Assembly (NCBI GenBank): GCA_964016885.1
Contig: OZ024740.1
Span: 128,340,001-128,404,000, forward strand
From: Eledone cirrhosa
Taxonomy: Eukaryota
Length of the DNA stretch: 64,000 nucleotides
Direction: 5' to 3'
The notes beneath the pieces are model-generated. The model saw only the letters and a program-made list of their open reading frames with translations. It was not told the origin of the DNA and ran no database searches. Numbering within the stretch: position 1 is the first letter of the stretch; each line of letters starts with the position of its first letter. The position numbers and the translations under genes are program-made. Of this stretch, positions 1 through 13,519 are shown piece by piece.

Positions 1-1093
1 TGGGATCACAGGTAAGCTAACTAAGAACATAGATTTTATATGTGGCCGGTGCTCTGGTGCAATAAGTAGCAGCAAGTGCCCACAGAATACTAGCTCTTTG
101 AATTGCACAGATGGTTCTATAGAAATAGTGGACAGCTTTCATTACCTGGGTGACAAAATCAGCAGTGGTGGAGGGTGCTCTGAAAGTACAGTAGCTAGAG
201 TCAGAACTGGATGGAAAAAGTTCAGAGAGCTAATACCACTATTAGCCGCTAAAGAGTTCTCCCTAAAAATGAAAGGCAGGCTGTATGATGCCTGCATATG
301 AACAGCAATGTTGCATGGCAGTGAGACCTGGGCATTGTGTGCAGAGGATATACGCAGACTAGAGAGGAACGAAGCTTGCATGCTCCGCTGGATGTGTAAT
401 AGTAATATACGTGAACAGCAAAGCATAAACGAACTAAGGGAAAAATTAGAAATAAGAGGGATCAGATGTTGTTTACTCGAGAGAAGGCTACGCTGGTATG
501 GTCACGTGATGCGCATGAAAGACGACAGCTGTATAAAAAAGTGCAGGGCAATAAAAATAGACGGTAGCCACGGAGTAGGCAGACCCAGAAAAACCTTGAT
601 AAATTCCGACCTCACACACTTACACCTCCCCAAGACAATGTCACTGGACCGAGATCTTTGGCGCTACACAGTAATAGAGAAGACCTGCCTTACCTAAATA
701 CAAAGTAAAACCTACTACAGTCAGTAGGCATCTCTAACAAAATACACCCCCGTCCCACTACCCCCACCCCATCCACACCACCCCTTTCAATGTAAAGTTA
801 TGTTGGTACCACAACATCCAGGCCGAAACAAATGAGGTCGTGTAGGTGTCACGACAAAAAAACATTCACAGTCCATGCTGTAATGTGGCCGTGTAGGTAA
901 CATGGTAAAAACCTCCCAGTTCCACACTGTAAATGTGGTTGGTGTTAGGAAGGGCATCCAGCCATAGAAAACCCGCCAGACAGTCCTATGCGAGCAAGAC
1001 AACCACTCTTGTCTCAAGTGGGAAAACTCCCTTCCAAACCCATGCAAGCGTGGAATATGGGCGTTAAACGATGATGATGATGATGATGATGAT
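1..1093 (+). mobile_element. RTE-clade LINE 3' fragment (here 'family C'), cut by the window edge
   Basis: ORFs 98-301 and 308-697 give the RTE C-terminus (FHYLGD..GGG, RTGWKKFRELIPLL, RRLRWYGHVMR, GRPRKT) split by one stop. A 3' UTR follows, then a (GAT)n tail at 1070-1093. Confidence 0.9.
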
Positions 1094-1228
1094 AAACAAG
1101 AAGTGTAAGTCAAAAGGTTAAGCTTAACTTTGTTTATTTATATTTGCTGTTATATATATTTTGGTGATAATCCTTATTGCGTGAAAAACTGGACATAAAA
1201 TGGGTAATATAATGATGATGATGATGAT

Positions 1229-2005
1229 CATCATCATCATATTATGTCCGCTTTTCCCTGTTTGATGGGGCGGGATGGGTCTTATTCAGCACAGCATCTC
1301 TCCACCTGTCACGGTCCTTCGTCATCTCTATCGTGAGCTTCAGCAATCTGAGGTCTGTTCTCATCATCTCCGCCCATGTTTTTCGTGGTCTACCTCTACC
1401 ACGTCTTCCTTCAACTGGCATTTCCTGGCACTTCTTTACCCATCGGTCATCCTCCATGTACATCACATGTCCATACCACCTCAGTCTCCTCTCCCGCACA
1501 CTACATTCTATCCCTCTGACACAGTTTCTCTCTCAACACATTCATACTGGGACGTTCACGCACATTGACATTGCATATCCAACGAAGCATGCTTGCCTCA
1601 TTTCTCTCCAGCCGTCGCATATTCTCTGCAGTTGTCTCACTACCATGCAGCATTGCGCTCCTCACACAGGCATCATATAACTGGCCTTTCGTACGCAGGG
1701 AGAAACCCTTCTTCGTCAGCAGAGCAAGCAGCTCCCTAAACTTCTTCCAACCTGTCCTTATTCTAGATACTATGGCCTCGGACCCCCCCCCCCCTCCCAT
1801 GCTAATCTGATCTCCTAGGTACCGGAACTTATCCACCACTTCTATAGCACCCGCCTGCATTTGAAAAATGTTTCTATCAATGCGTCTTCTACTGTCTAAT
1901 TTCCCTGTACATCTACTGCATACGTATTTCTCCCTACCTGTTAGTTTGCCTGCTATCCCATTACATCTCTTGTGTACCCAGGATCTGCATTGTGTGCATT
2001 TTATA
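1229..2005 (-). mobile_element. 5'-truncated RTE LINE (here 'family B', very short 3' UTR)
   Basis: ORFs 1501-2094 and 1242-1499 encode CTQCRSWVHKRC...FRYLGD...RRLRWYGHVM...GRPRKTW. (CAT)n tail at 1229-1240; truncated at a TA/TG microsatellite. Confidence 0.9.
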
Positions 2006-2150
2006 ATGATATATATATATATATATGTGTGTGTGTGTAATACATACATATATATATATATATATGTGTGTATATATATATATATCATCATCATCTTCGT
2101 TTTGGAAGATGGACATTAAACGAAGATGATGATGATGATGATGATATATA

Positions 2151-4050
2151 TCATCATCATCATTTTACGTCCGCTTTTCCCTGCTTGCAAGGATGGGACG
2201 GGTCTTATTCAGCACAGCATCTCTCCACTCGTCACGGTCCTTCGTCCTCTCCACCGTGAACTTCAATGATCTGAGGTCTGTTCTCACCACCTTCGCCTAT
2301 GTTTTTTGTGGTCTACCTCTACCACGTCTTCCTTCAACTGGCATTTCCTGGCACTTCTTCACCCATCGGTCATCCTCCATGTGCATCACATGTCCATACC
2401 ACCTCAGTCTCCTCTCCCGTACACTACATTCGCTCCTCACACAAGCATCATACAACCGGCCTTTCGTACGCAGGGAGAAACCCTTCTTCGTCAACAGAGG
2501 AAGCAGCTCCCTAAACTTCTTCCAACCCGTCCTTATTCTAGATAATATGGCCTCAGAACACCCTCCTCCCATGCTAATCTGATCTCCTAGGTACCGGAAG
2601 CTATCCACCACTTCTATAGCGCCCTCCTGCATCTGAAAAATGTGTCTTTCAATGCGACTTCTACTGTCTAATTTCCCTGTACATCTACTGCATACATATT
2701 TCTCCCTACCTGTTAGTTTGCCTGCTATCCCGCTACATCTCTTGTGTACCCAAGATCTGCATTGTGTGCATTTTATAGAATTTATGCCAGTTCTTTTTCT
2801 GCATATCGAACATGGCCATTTCCCTGACGGAATCAGGGTTTTGTCCTCTTTTCTACTCATCAACACTTTTGTCTTAGCTAGGTTCACTCTCAGTCCTCTT
2901 GCTTCCAACTGCTGTTTCCATAGCCAGAATTTATTCTCTAACTCCTCTACTGATTCTGCTATAAGAACCAGATCGTCAGCATAGAGCAGTTCCCATGTAC
3001 AGCCAGTCTTAAACTCCTCAGTCATGGCTTGGAGGACTATAATGAACAAGAGCGGGCTGAGGACCGAACCTTGATGTACTCCTACTTGTATCTGGAATTC
3101 GTCACTAAACTCCATTCCTACCCTGACTTTACTGAGAGTACCTCTGTACAAAGTTTGCACTCTCCTCACAAGCCATTCCTCAACACATAGCTTCCTTAGG
3201 GACCACAAGATGACAGATCGGGCTACCCTATCAAAGGCCTTCTCTAGGTCAAAAAAGGCTAAGTATAGTGGCTTATTTTTCTCTAAGAACCTCTCTTGCA
3301 ATTGTCTCACCAAGAAGAGGGTATCTGTTGTACTCTTCCCAGGCACAAAACCAAACTGCATCTCATCTAGTTTGACCCTTTCTCTAATTATCCTTTCTGA
3401 CACTTTCATAACCTGAACCATCAGTTTTATACCCCTATAATTGCTCCTCTCCAGAGCATCCCCTTTACCTTTGTAGCAATTTATGAGAATACTGCTGCAC
3501 CAGTCTTTGGGTATGACACCACCATATATAGCCTGATTGATGATACGTGCAACCAGTTTAGTGCCTACGTCCCCTGATGCCTTCAGCAACTATTCCCGAT
3601 GGTCCAGCAGCCTTACCATTTTTCATTTCCCTAATCGCCTCTTGGACCCTATATTCGTCAATCTCAAAAGCTGGTCCCTCTGTCGGATCTACTAAGGGTA
3701 ATTTCTCTCTCTCCCATTCGTTCTCCACATTCATCAGTCTCTCATAATGACATTTCCAGGCCTCCTTTTACTGATCATTCATGACACTAAGTACACCGGC
3801 ATCATCCCGGACACATTTATCTCCAACAACATCCTGATTTGCATTGACACACTGCCTTGCAATGTGGAACACCACACACCTCTGATCTTCCCATCGCAGA
3901 ACATTGGCAAACCTCTTACTCTCCGCCTCCCTGCGTGCTAAGTACACATCCACATGCCTTCTCTCCAGCATCTCCGCTATTTCAGCAGATCTATCTCTGA
4001 GAGTGCCAACATTAAGTGTTGCAACTCTGAGATGCGACATCTTCATATTT
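2151..4050 (-). mobile_element. RTE LINE family B with internal deletions
   Basis: ORF 2297-3589 has RT motifs (QFGFVPGKST, DLEKAFDRV, GVHQGSVLSPLLF, YADD). ORF 3768-4046 begins with the APE N-terminus (LRVATLNVGTL). (CAT)n tail at 2151-2163. Confidence 0.92.
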
Positions 4051-4579
4051 TGTTGTTGTTCCTATTTGTTGCTGTGCTGATAAGCGTTTTGGCATTGATA
4101 CACTGGTTGGATGCCCTTCCTAACACCAGCGCCACTTTACAGCATGGACTGGGTGCTTTTATTTGTGCCACCAGCACTAGAGAGGATGTCTTACTAGACT
4201 CAAGGGCCCTCTCTACCCTTCCATTTTACAGCATGGTCATTAAAAAAAATAAATTAAAAAAAACATAAAAATATATATACACACACACACATATATGCCC
4301 TTCATATGCCACATATATATAGGCGCTTTGTTTATCAAGTTTAGGATTTCCAAGAGCTAATATAAATCTTTTATGAGATAGAATGTAAAAGTAATGTGAA
4401 CAAGTTGAAGCAATGCTGTTATGATGTGACAACAAATAGATTATGTATTAAAGTTTAGAGTTGAATTGGTACAAAAAGCAAAGAAACATTTAGATGTAGC
4501 ATAGACTATATAGAATGTAATTTATTGCTATTCTTGTTTAGCTTCATGTCATATATATATATAGTAATATATATATATA

Positions 4580-4923
4580 GTAATACAGAGTACCCGACCT
4601 CCCATGGGTACGAGCTGAAGCATATAGACAATATGCCCCCACACCCTCCCACTGCAAAGTGGTCGTGGAGGTGCCAAGGCAAAAAAGCACCCAGGCCACA
4701 CTGTAAAGTGGACATGTAGGCGCCACGGAAAAAAGCACCCAGCACTCACTGTAAATGAGGTTGGTGTTCGGAAGGGCATCCAGCTGTAGAAATCAAGCCA
4801 AAATCAGTTCCTGTATGAGCAAGGCATGGTCAGCCGACCAGACACTGCCCACAACAGGACAACCCGTCTAACCCATTCTAGCATGGAAGAACGGATGTAA
4901 AACGGTGATGATGATGATGATGA
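4580..4923 (+). mobile_element. RTE family A 3' end (mostly 3' UTR), heavily 5'-truncated
   Basis: Nearly identical by eye to 27850-28182, 41088-41434 and the reverse complement of 13085-13420. (GAT)n tail; (TA)n on both sides. Confidence 0.9.
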
Positions 4924-4926
4924 AGT

Positions 4927-4979
<53 letters not shown>

Positions 4980-5990
4980 CTTGATGGAAAGATATAGATT
5001 ATTAAAAATGATATCTTTATACATACACATCTATATATGTGTATATAAATATAGACATATGTAGAATTTTCCCGTATAAATATACACCAGAATTTAAGAA
5101 TTTTCCTGTAAATTGAAAAATACATCATTTTTTAAAATTTACAGGGAAATTCATATATTTGCTATGTTTCATGCCTTCAAATTAATCATACAGAGTGGGT
5201 AGTTGATGCAGTCTCAACTACCCACTCTGTATATATACAGATATGATTTTAATGTACACTTTGTCTGCTAGCACACTTCTTAATATATATATATATATAT
5301 ATATATAGGCAAAAGAGTGGATGAAAGAGTTACAAGCCATTAATTCTTTTCCTTATTACAGCTCTGCTTAACCTTTACACTAAATATTAACTTTCTCTAA
5401 TATTTAACCCTGATAACCCAAGCATTGAGCACTTGGTATGTAACTTTCTGTATCGCACCTCCTTATATCTCTTCTTTCTATCCTCTTTTACGATACTGTA
5501 ACCTATTATTATATATTTATATATATTTATACGTATATATATGTGCATTGACCCTCACTCATTATGTTGTGTATTGCTGTTTACTGTACACACATGTGTG
5601 TCATTTTGTGTATCAGTCTTAATAATAATAATTATTATTGTGTACAGTGCTCAGGTGCACTTCATAAAAATATAGATATAAGTTGTACTCATGTTCACTT
5701 CATAAAAATATAGATATAAGCTTTCTTTTTCACTCATTTGCTTATTGACCTTAGCATACTTCCATGTATGCTAAAATCTATGCAAATAACCAAAATCAGT
5801 CATTCGTCTTGAACAAACAAAAATATATTAAACTTTATTCTTATTATTTATCATTATATTTATCATTAAAATTTTAATTTATTATTTGACGTCATTCCAT
5901 TATATGTAAAGCACTAGAATTTATGTAATTTGCCTTTGTAATGTCCCCTCTGCAGGCAAGGCAACCTTCTGCCAAATATAACACATCATT

Positions 5991-6176
5991 ATGGATTGGC
6001 AGTATCAGTAGAGGGTCAGACGCCATGCTTTGCAGCATAGAGTTACGTCCCTTTACAGTTTGAGTTAAAATCCTGCCGAGGTTAACTTTGCCTTTCATCC
6101 TTACGGGGTCGATAAAATAAAGTACCAGTAATGCACTGGGATAATTGCTGGCCTGTGCCACATATAGAAACAATTA
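5991..6176 (+). mobile_element. SINE (most abundant family in the window; 'SINE-1')
   Basis: Contains a B-box-like gagtt(c/a)aaatcc, the body ccgaggttaactttgcctttcatccttacggggtcgataaaataaagtaccag and the tail ggcc(t)tgtgcc..agaaacaatta. More than 15 copies occur in the window. Confidence 0.8.
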
Positions 6177-6183
6177 ATATTAA

Positions 6184-7143
6184 TGTTTGCCCACTGTCTT
6201 CTTTTGACTGGAAAGGGCAAGCAGTTTTCTTCTGTCTGGTGGTGGTATCAAAAGAGGTTGTGTAGTGGACCAGGTCTCTTTGGCCAATCCCTCGTCATTT
6301 TTTCAAGTTTAACTTGGAAAGGAAGATGAGGGTGGAGAGAGAAGTACTGCCCCCAGTACATTTACTAAAAGGTGGGTGAATGTGGTGAGAATGGTGCATG
6401 AGAATTGGCCTAGTCTCAGCATGCACGTGCAGGCTGGTTATTTTGAGAAGAGGGCTGCCCTTCCCAGGTGCTGTCAAAGCACCTTAATCACCCCGGGTGG
6501 TTCTCCCCCTTTCGAGAAATTTTATTGTAATTTTATTGTTAATTGTTTTTGTTAATTTGTTTTTACTCAATTTTATTGTAAACACCCACTGTCCCTGTCC
6601 TTTTGTATTGTCCCCTATTTGTAGTCCCTAGTGGCAAATACAGAAATTATTATTAAAATAATAATAACAAGAACAATAATAATGATAATAATGATTGTAA
6701 TAATAATAATTATTATTATTATTATTAGAGGGAGAGAGAGAAGTGCTCCCTCCCAGTACATTTGCTAAAGAGTGGATGAATGGTGAGAATGGCCCGTGTG
6801 AATGGGCCAACTCTGACCATGCACCTATAGGCTAGCTAACTTGAGGAAGGGGTGCTCTTCCTGGGTGCCCTAGAAGCGCAGGGTGGTTCAGGATTGGTGG
6901 GGTACCTGAGTCACCGCTGGGTCATCCACTCCTGGGTCGTCCACCCCCTATAGGGGATTTTTTTTTGTTATATTTATGCATAGTTTATTTTATATTTTTA
7001 TATCTTCATTGTTAAATTAGTCTTGCCATTGTGCACTTTTGCTCGACTTTATTGTAAACCCCCACTGTCCCTGTCTTTGTATTGTCCCCTACATGTCGGC
7101 CCTTGTGGCTAATAAATGAAATCATTATTATTATTATTATTAT
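6184..7143 (+). mobile_element. Two tandem degraded Tx1/L1-like LINE 3' ends (6184-6660, 6727-7143)
   Basis: Homologous to the end of the 55655-56173 ORF (gggcaagcagttttc, ggtggagagagaagt, aaggtgggtgaa). They end ccctagtggcaaatacagaaa and cccttgtggctaataaatgaaa, each followed by (ATT)n. Confidence 0.75.
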
Positions 7144-7573
7144 TTTATTATCATTATCATCATTATTATTATTTCATTTTATTTTTATTTTATTAATATT
7201 ATTATTTTAATATGAAAATACTTCAGCGCAAGCTGACACACTACTCTGCAGCTTAGGTTTAGTAAAAGCTGACTGTGAGAAGAAAATGCAAACTGCAGAA
7301 TCTTCAAGCTGATCTAATGTCAGAATGTGTAGCTGTTTGACAACACTTATCATTTTCCTTGATGTTTACATGCAATTTAATCAATAGGATGAAAAACAGA
7401 AAAGGCAAAAATTATTTGAAATGTAAAAATGCAAATGAAAAGAAATTTGAAGGAAATATCAAAATACATGTAACTTTCATTTTTACTTTTAGTATTTTTT
7501 CTTGTGAGTAGGGCTGTTGTCAATATTTTCAAAGCTCATGCATATACATATATGTATTTATATATATAACTAA

Positions 7574-7735
<162 letters not shown>

Positions 7736-9651
7736 CTCCTCTATCTCTTTCAGTATAGCTCAAAATTTATATATATGTGTGTGTGTGTGTATTTATATTA
7801 CCCATACTAGCAAGGAAAGCAGATTATAAACGTTGATGATAATGATATATGTATGTATGCCAGCACAAATAGGCTATCTTAAAGGTAGCATATTTAGCAG
7901 TGACATTCGATTTTATATATTGTGATTAAATATTTCATGAATTTCTGTTCAATATATATGTGATGTATTTGGCAGTCAAAGAGAGAATGAAGTGATAAAA
8001 AGACAGAGAAACAGAGTGCTTCAGACAAAAGGGAGGGAGTGCCATAACCAAAGAAAGATATATTGATAGAAGGAATGGCAGAGCATCAGTGTGAGAGAGT
8101 AGGATTGATAGAGGTAAAGGGATAGCATGAGAAGGAGATGTTGAGAGAGAGTATAGAGAGTGTGAAAGAAAGGGTTATTTAAAGAGGCAGTCAGAAGGGG
8201 AGAGTTGTGTGTGAACATTGTTTATAATGTAAAATGTGTTGTTCATTCTTGCTGTTGATTTTGTATAGCATCAGGCCAGCACATTGATATCCTTCTCACC
8301 ATCATTATCATCATCATCAATTTTTCTATCCATTATTTCATGCTTATGTCATTTAGATGACACCCTATGACACTGATACCCAACCTGATTCTAACCCTTA
8401 TTCAATTTTTATGTTTGGAGTAATCTTGTAATGGGATTTCTGTTTACATGGAATGTAAACATATATTATCCCCTGTGATGTTGATATGAGCTTTCTTACA
8501 ATGTCCACCTACCAATTTCACTTAATAGTCATTGATCACAGCAAGAGTAAAATAGAAAATATTTGCCCAAGGTGCAATTCAGTGGAAAAGAGTGTAAAAT
8601 CATGTGGTTGCAATGCAATTTACTTAACGATACAGACATGCTTTTACCTACATAAGAAGCAAAAGTTATGAAAATGAACCTGAAATAGCTTTTATTTTTT
8701 TATGATAGACATAACACAAAACAGCAGGAATTAATGAAGGAATGATATGAAATCATAATTTTCCTATTTTGCAACACAAAATTAATTAATTGGACAGTGT
8801 TTCACAGATGTGAATCGCAGGTCAAGTGTGTAAATAAATGGGCACAAAATATAGAACGTAAGTAGAGGAACATTATTCAACTTTAAGTATATCTATAGAA
8901 AACTGCCTAGTTTCTTTCTTCTTTGGTATTGCGAACATTGGATGTTACTCATATGAACAACTTTAAAATGCTATTGTCGTATTTTAATAAATTAAATGAT
9001 ATCACTAATCTTTAAATAATTTTATTTAATTCCGTAATGTAGCATTTATCTAGTTTTCTTTGCATCAGTCCTCATCTTAGTAATAAAACATGTCATATGG
9101 AATACCTCCTTATGCCGTCATGCCAAACATGCCCCACTTTTTGTATAGTCAGGTGTTCAACTTATGCATTCACTTGGCAAGTTCAGCATCAGGCAAACAA
9201 TTTTCAGGCTACCCCCATAAATATAGGCATATATGCACATATGTTTTTACATCTTTAGATATAAAAGTGAGTGTAGACTTTGGAACGTGTTTGTAGATGG
9301 TAGATCATGATTGACAGTGTTGGATGAAAACAATGTTACAACATGTTACATTATGTCTGAGCAAGCAAATATCTATTTAGTACACTCTCTAAAGTAGGTG
9401 GTGACAGGAAGGACCACAGATCAAGTAACAAATGATGAGAGTGATCTTCAGCTGTGTGAGGGTTTCAGAAACCTCTCTAATGCCAGTGTAGGCATAATAA
9501 AAGTATCTTTATACTTTGTAAAGTAGTAGGTGATAGGAAGGGTGACCAACCATAGGAAACTTACCAAACCAAGGGTGGGGAGGACATTTCAGTGGTGTTA
9601 AAATGACGATGATGATATATACATCACCATCTCTCTCTCTCTATATATATA

Positions 9652-10047
9652 TCATCATAATCATCATCGTCATCGTTTAACATCTATCTTCCACGCTAGC
9701 ATGGGTTAGATGGGAGTTGTCCCGGGTGACTCTGCCTCGCTTGTATAGGACTATCTGGCTGGTCTTCTACGGCTGGATGCCCTTCCTAACACCAACCACA
9801 TTTACAGTGTGGACTGTGAACTTTTTACTATATTACCTACACGGCCACATTACAGCGTGGACTGTGGGATTTTTGTTGTGACACTTATACAATCACATTT
9901 AGTTTCGACTGGATAATGTGGTACCAACACAACTTTATAGAGAAAGGGTGGTGTTGCTGGGAGTGGAGTAGTGGGTTGGGGTGTGTTTGGTTTGGAGGAG
10001 CCTACTGACTGTAGGTTAATTTTGCACGTAGGGAAGGCGGGTCTTCT

Positions 10048-10084
<37 letters not shown>

Positions 10085-12094
10085 AATTATTGTGTAAAGT
10101 GCTCAGGTGCACTACAACTCGTCAAAGGTGCATGTATAGTACATAGAATAATACATAAATGTCGGGGAAGTGAATAGTGTATGAGTCATCATATACATGT
10201 GTGTATGTGTATGGAGGGGGAACATTAGGTGAAGTGTTGGCGAATCTCGGGAAGCATGGAGGCCTTAAAGGATGCAGTGTCTCGACAGCTAACAACCGAT
10301 GCAGACCACCAAAGATCTCGATCCAGTGACATTGTCTTAGAGTAGTGCAAGTGTGCAAGGTCAGACTTTATCATGTCATCCCAGGTTTTTCTGGGTCTAC
10401 CTACTCTGTAACTTCCCTCAATTTTGATCGCCCTGCACTTTTTTATACGGCTGTCGTCTTTCATGCGCATCATGTGACCATACCAATGTAATCTTCTCTC
10501 GAGTAAACAGCATCTGATCCCTCTTATTCCTAATTTCTTACTTAGTTCATTTATATTTTGCCGTTCGTGTATATTACTATTACACATCCAACAGAGCATG
10601 CATGCTCCGTCGCTTTCCAGTCTGTGCAGGTCATCTGCACACAATGCCCATGTCTCACTGCCATGTAACATTGCTGTTCGTATATAAGCATCATACAATC
10701 TGCCTAGATTCAGCTATGAGCGTTAGATCATCTGCATATAGAAGTTCCCATGGGCAGCCAGTTTTAAACTCCTGTCATAGCCTGAAGGGCAATAATAAGA
10801 AGGAGGGGGCTAAGGACAGAGCCTTGATGAACATCGACTTTTATGCTAGATTCTTCACTATATTCATTGTTAATTCTAACCTTACTGACTGTATCTTTAT
10901 ACATGGCTTGTATAGCTCTCACAAGCCATTCATCTACTCCTAGCTTTCTAAGGGTCCACCAGATAATGGAGCGTGGGACTCTGTCAAAGGCTTTCTCCAA
11001 GTCAACAAAAGCTAAGTAGAGGGGTTTACTTTTAACTAGGTACGTCTCTTGTAGTTGTCGTACAAGGAAAAGTGCATCTGTGGTACTTTTACCTGGCACA
11101 AACCAAACTGCATTTCATCTAGATCAATTCACTCTCTGATTAGTTGTGCTATAACTATTTCTATGAGCTGGTCAACTAACTTAATGCCTCCATAGTTTCC
11201 CCTATCTAGAGCATCTCCTTTACCTTTGTAGCAGTTAACAATGGCTGCTATGCCAGTCCTTAGGTATGACCCCATTCTGTATTACTTGGTTTACTATCCG
11301 GGTGACCATAGTATGTCCCATAATTCCAGATGCTTTCAACATCTCAACAACTATATCCGAAGGCCCAGCCGCCTTGCCTGTCTTCATATCTTTGATTGGC
11401 TTATTTATTATACAACCACTAACTTGCACTGTTGGATCAATTTCGGGCAGACTATCTTTTTCCCATTTATTCTCCTCATTTAGTAGTCTCTCATAGTGAC
11501 ACTTCCAAGCTACCTTCTTATCAGTATCAGTGAGGGTAAGTACACTATCATCATTATGGACACACTTCTCCCCGACAATATCACGGTTTTCCTTGACACA
11601 ATGTCAACACATCACATTGTTGGTCCTCGCATTGTAGAACATGCTTGAACTTTCTTTCCACTGCATCCCTTCTTGCAAGTTACACTTGTCTCCTAGCTTC
11701 TCTCCTGGCCATTTGATAGCGTTCTCTACTTCCCTCATCCCGCCATACTTTCCAAGCCTGCTTTTTGGCCTTGATTGTCTCCTCCACCTTACTGTTCCAC
11801 CACCAAGTTACTCTCCTCCTGCCTATAGGTCTGCTCCAGCCACAGATTTCATCTGTTGCCTTCGGCAGATTGACTTTCGAAAGTTCCCACTGTTCCTCTA
11901 TACTGTACATCTCTAATTGCTCTTCCTTACTGCCAAAAGCATAAAGTAATAAGCTTTTAAATTTGTCACTTGCTGTGGGGTCCTTCAACTTCCATATTCT
12001 TCTCCTCAAGGTAGTCCTTCTCTGTCATCAAGTACGTCTAGTCCTGACTATGAGGTCACTAACTACTGAGCTATGTTGGGAGGTACATTCTTCA
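9652..12094 (-). mobile_element. RTE LINE family C, 5'-truncated, internally deleted and interrupted
   Basis: ORF pieces 11680-12009, 11235-11429, 10764-11099 (DLEKAFDRVP) and 10225-10698. The 3' UTR 9675-10040 matches 700-1068. YADDLTLIAES is joined directly to RLYDAY near 10705. Confidence 0.88.
10051..10307 (-). mobile_element. CR1/L2-like LINE 3' end nested in the RTE
   Basis: Minus frame SASVVSCRDTASFKASMLPEIRQHFT* resembles CR1-type ORF2 C-termini. (ATT)n tail at 10051-10082. The same terminal motif (attattgtgta.agtgctcaggtgcact) recurs at ~5633-5661. Confidence 0.6.
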
Positions 12095-12952
12095 TGTGTG
12101 TAAGTGTCATGGGCCCACTAGGTTCTTTGGTCTGCGATCCTCTAACCATGGAGTGCTCACAGTTGCTAAATGGACAATACTACATACACACATTCAATGG
12201 CCCATGCCACTTACACACATCCCCGGGGTTTCGTTATTTTATCTTTTTTAATTTTTATTTTTGTGTTGGGTAACACACCTCCACCACTCAAACACTTATC
12301 TGACACCTTAACTCAAATACCCAACCCTACATGGAGCCCCTTGGTGGCCTACATGGTGGATGGTTGCACGCACAGACTCGGGGACTCAGATTCTCAAAGG
12401 GACAATGGCACATACTGAGTTCGATACGAGCTGACTACTTGTTCTACACATGGATGTGTATATACTAAAACATACACTATTTAGACGATACGGATGTTAC
12501 AATTCAATCGATACACGTATAGCAGAACGTTGAATGGAAGTTACTTGTGTGTGTATAGGGTTGTGGTTGACCAAATTTTTTCTAATTTACATCGTTAAAA
12601 TTGAGATTTGGCCAATATAACATTTGTTGTTTTGTAACCTAACTTTCGGTGCATACTGTGTTGTTATATATATGTTTTCTCTGACCTAGCGTCGGTATGT
12701 GTGTGTGAATGTGTGTGTACTCACTCACACTAATTGTGACCGACCAAAATTCTACAGATTAGATGTTGAGATTAGACCTGTCCAGCGTCTTTTGCAGCTA
12801 TTGAGAGATAGAGACTTGATAGATTTATGACCCTGGCTGAAGATGATAGCAGTTGGCGTGCTTTGGCTGCTGAATATTCATATGGGGAACAGAACTCTAG
12901 TGAGTGAACATCGTTAGTTTTTACTCCCTCATATCAATGATTTGAAGACAAT

Positions 12953-13040
12953 TCATTATTCACCTCATGAGATCAGTGATAATCGATCATGACCGCACGA
13001 TCGATCTATCTCTTATTGAAACGTGTCGTGATTAAAATGA
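12953..13040 (+). ncRNA. Degenerate type I hammerhead ribozyme motif (Penelope-like remnant)
   Basis: Layout: tcattattcac-CTCATGA-long stem II (gata/tatc, atcgatc/gatcgat)-GAAA-C-gt-GTC-gtgattaaaatga. Core G5 is replaced by C. Confidence 0.55.
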
Positions 13041-13084
13041 TTGGAAATGTATACCATGCCTTCGGATCTTTATTTATATATATA

Positions 13085-13478
13085 ATCATCACCATCATCA
13101 CCGTTTTACGTCCGTTCTTCCATGCTAGCATGGGTTAGACGGGTTGTCCTGTTGTGGGCAGTGTCTGGTCGGCTGACCATGCCTGGCTCATACAGGAACT
13201 GATTTTGGCTTGATTTCTACAGCTGGATGCCCTTCCTAACACCAACCTCATTTACAGTGAGTGCTGGGTGCTTTTTCCGTGGCGTCTACACGTCCACTTT
13301 ACAGTGTGGGCTGGGTGCTTTTTTGCCGTGGCACCTCCACGACCACCTTTCAGTGGAAGGGTGTGGGGGCATATTGTCTATATGCTTCAGCTTATACCCA
13401 TGGGAGGTCGGGTACTCTGTATTATTGCGTGACGCCAGAGGCTACGGTCGTGTGTCATCGCCTTTGAGAGGTGTAATT
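13085..13478 (-). mobile_element. RTE family A 3' fragment
   Basis: Reverse complement of ~41030-41415; flanked by (TA)n. Confidence 0.9.
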
Positions 13479-13519
13479 GGGTAATTGGGTATATATATAT
13501 ATATATATATATACATATA

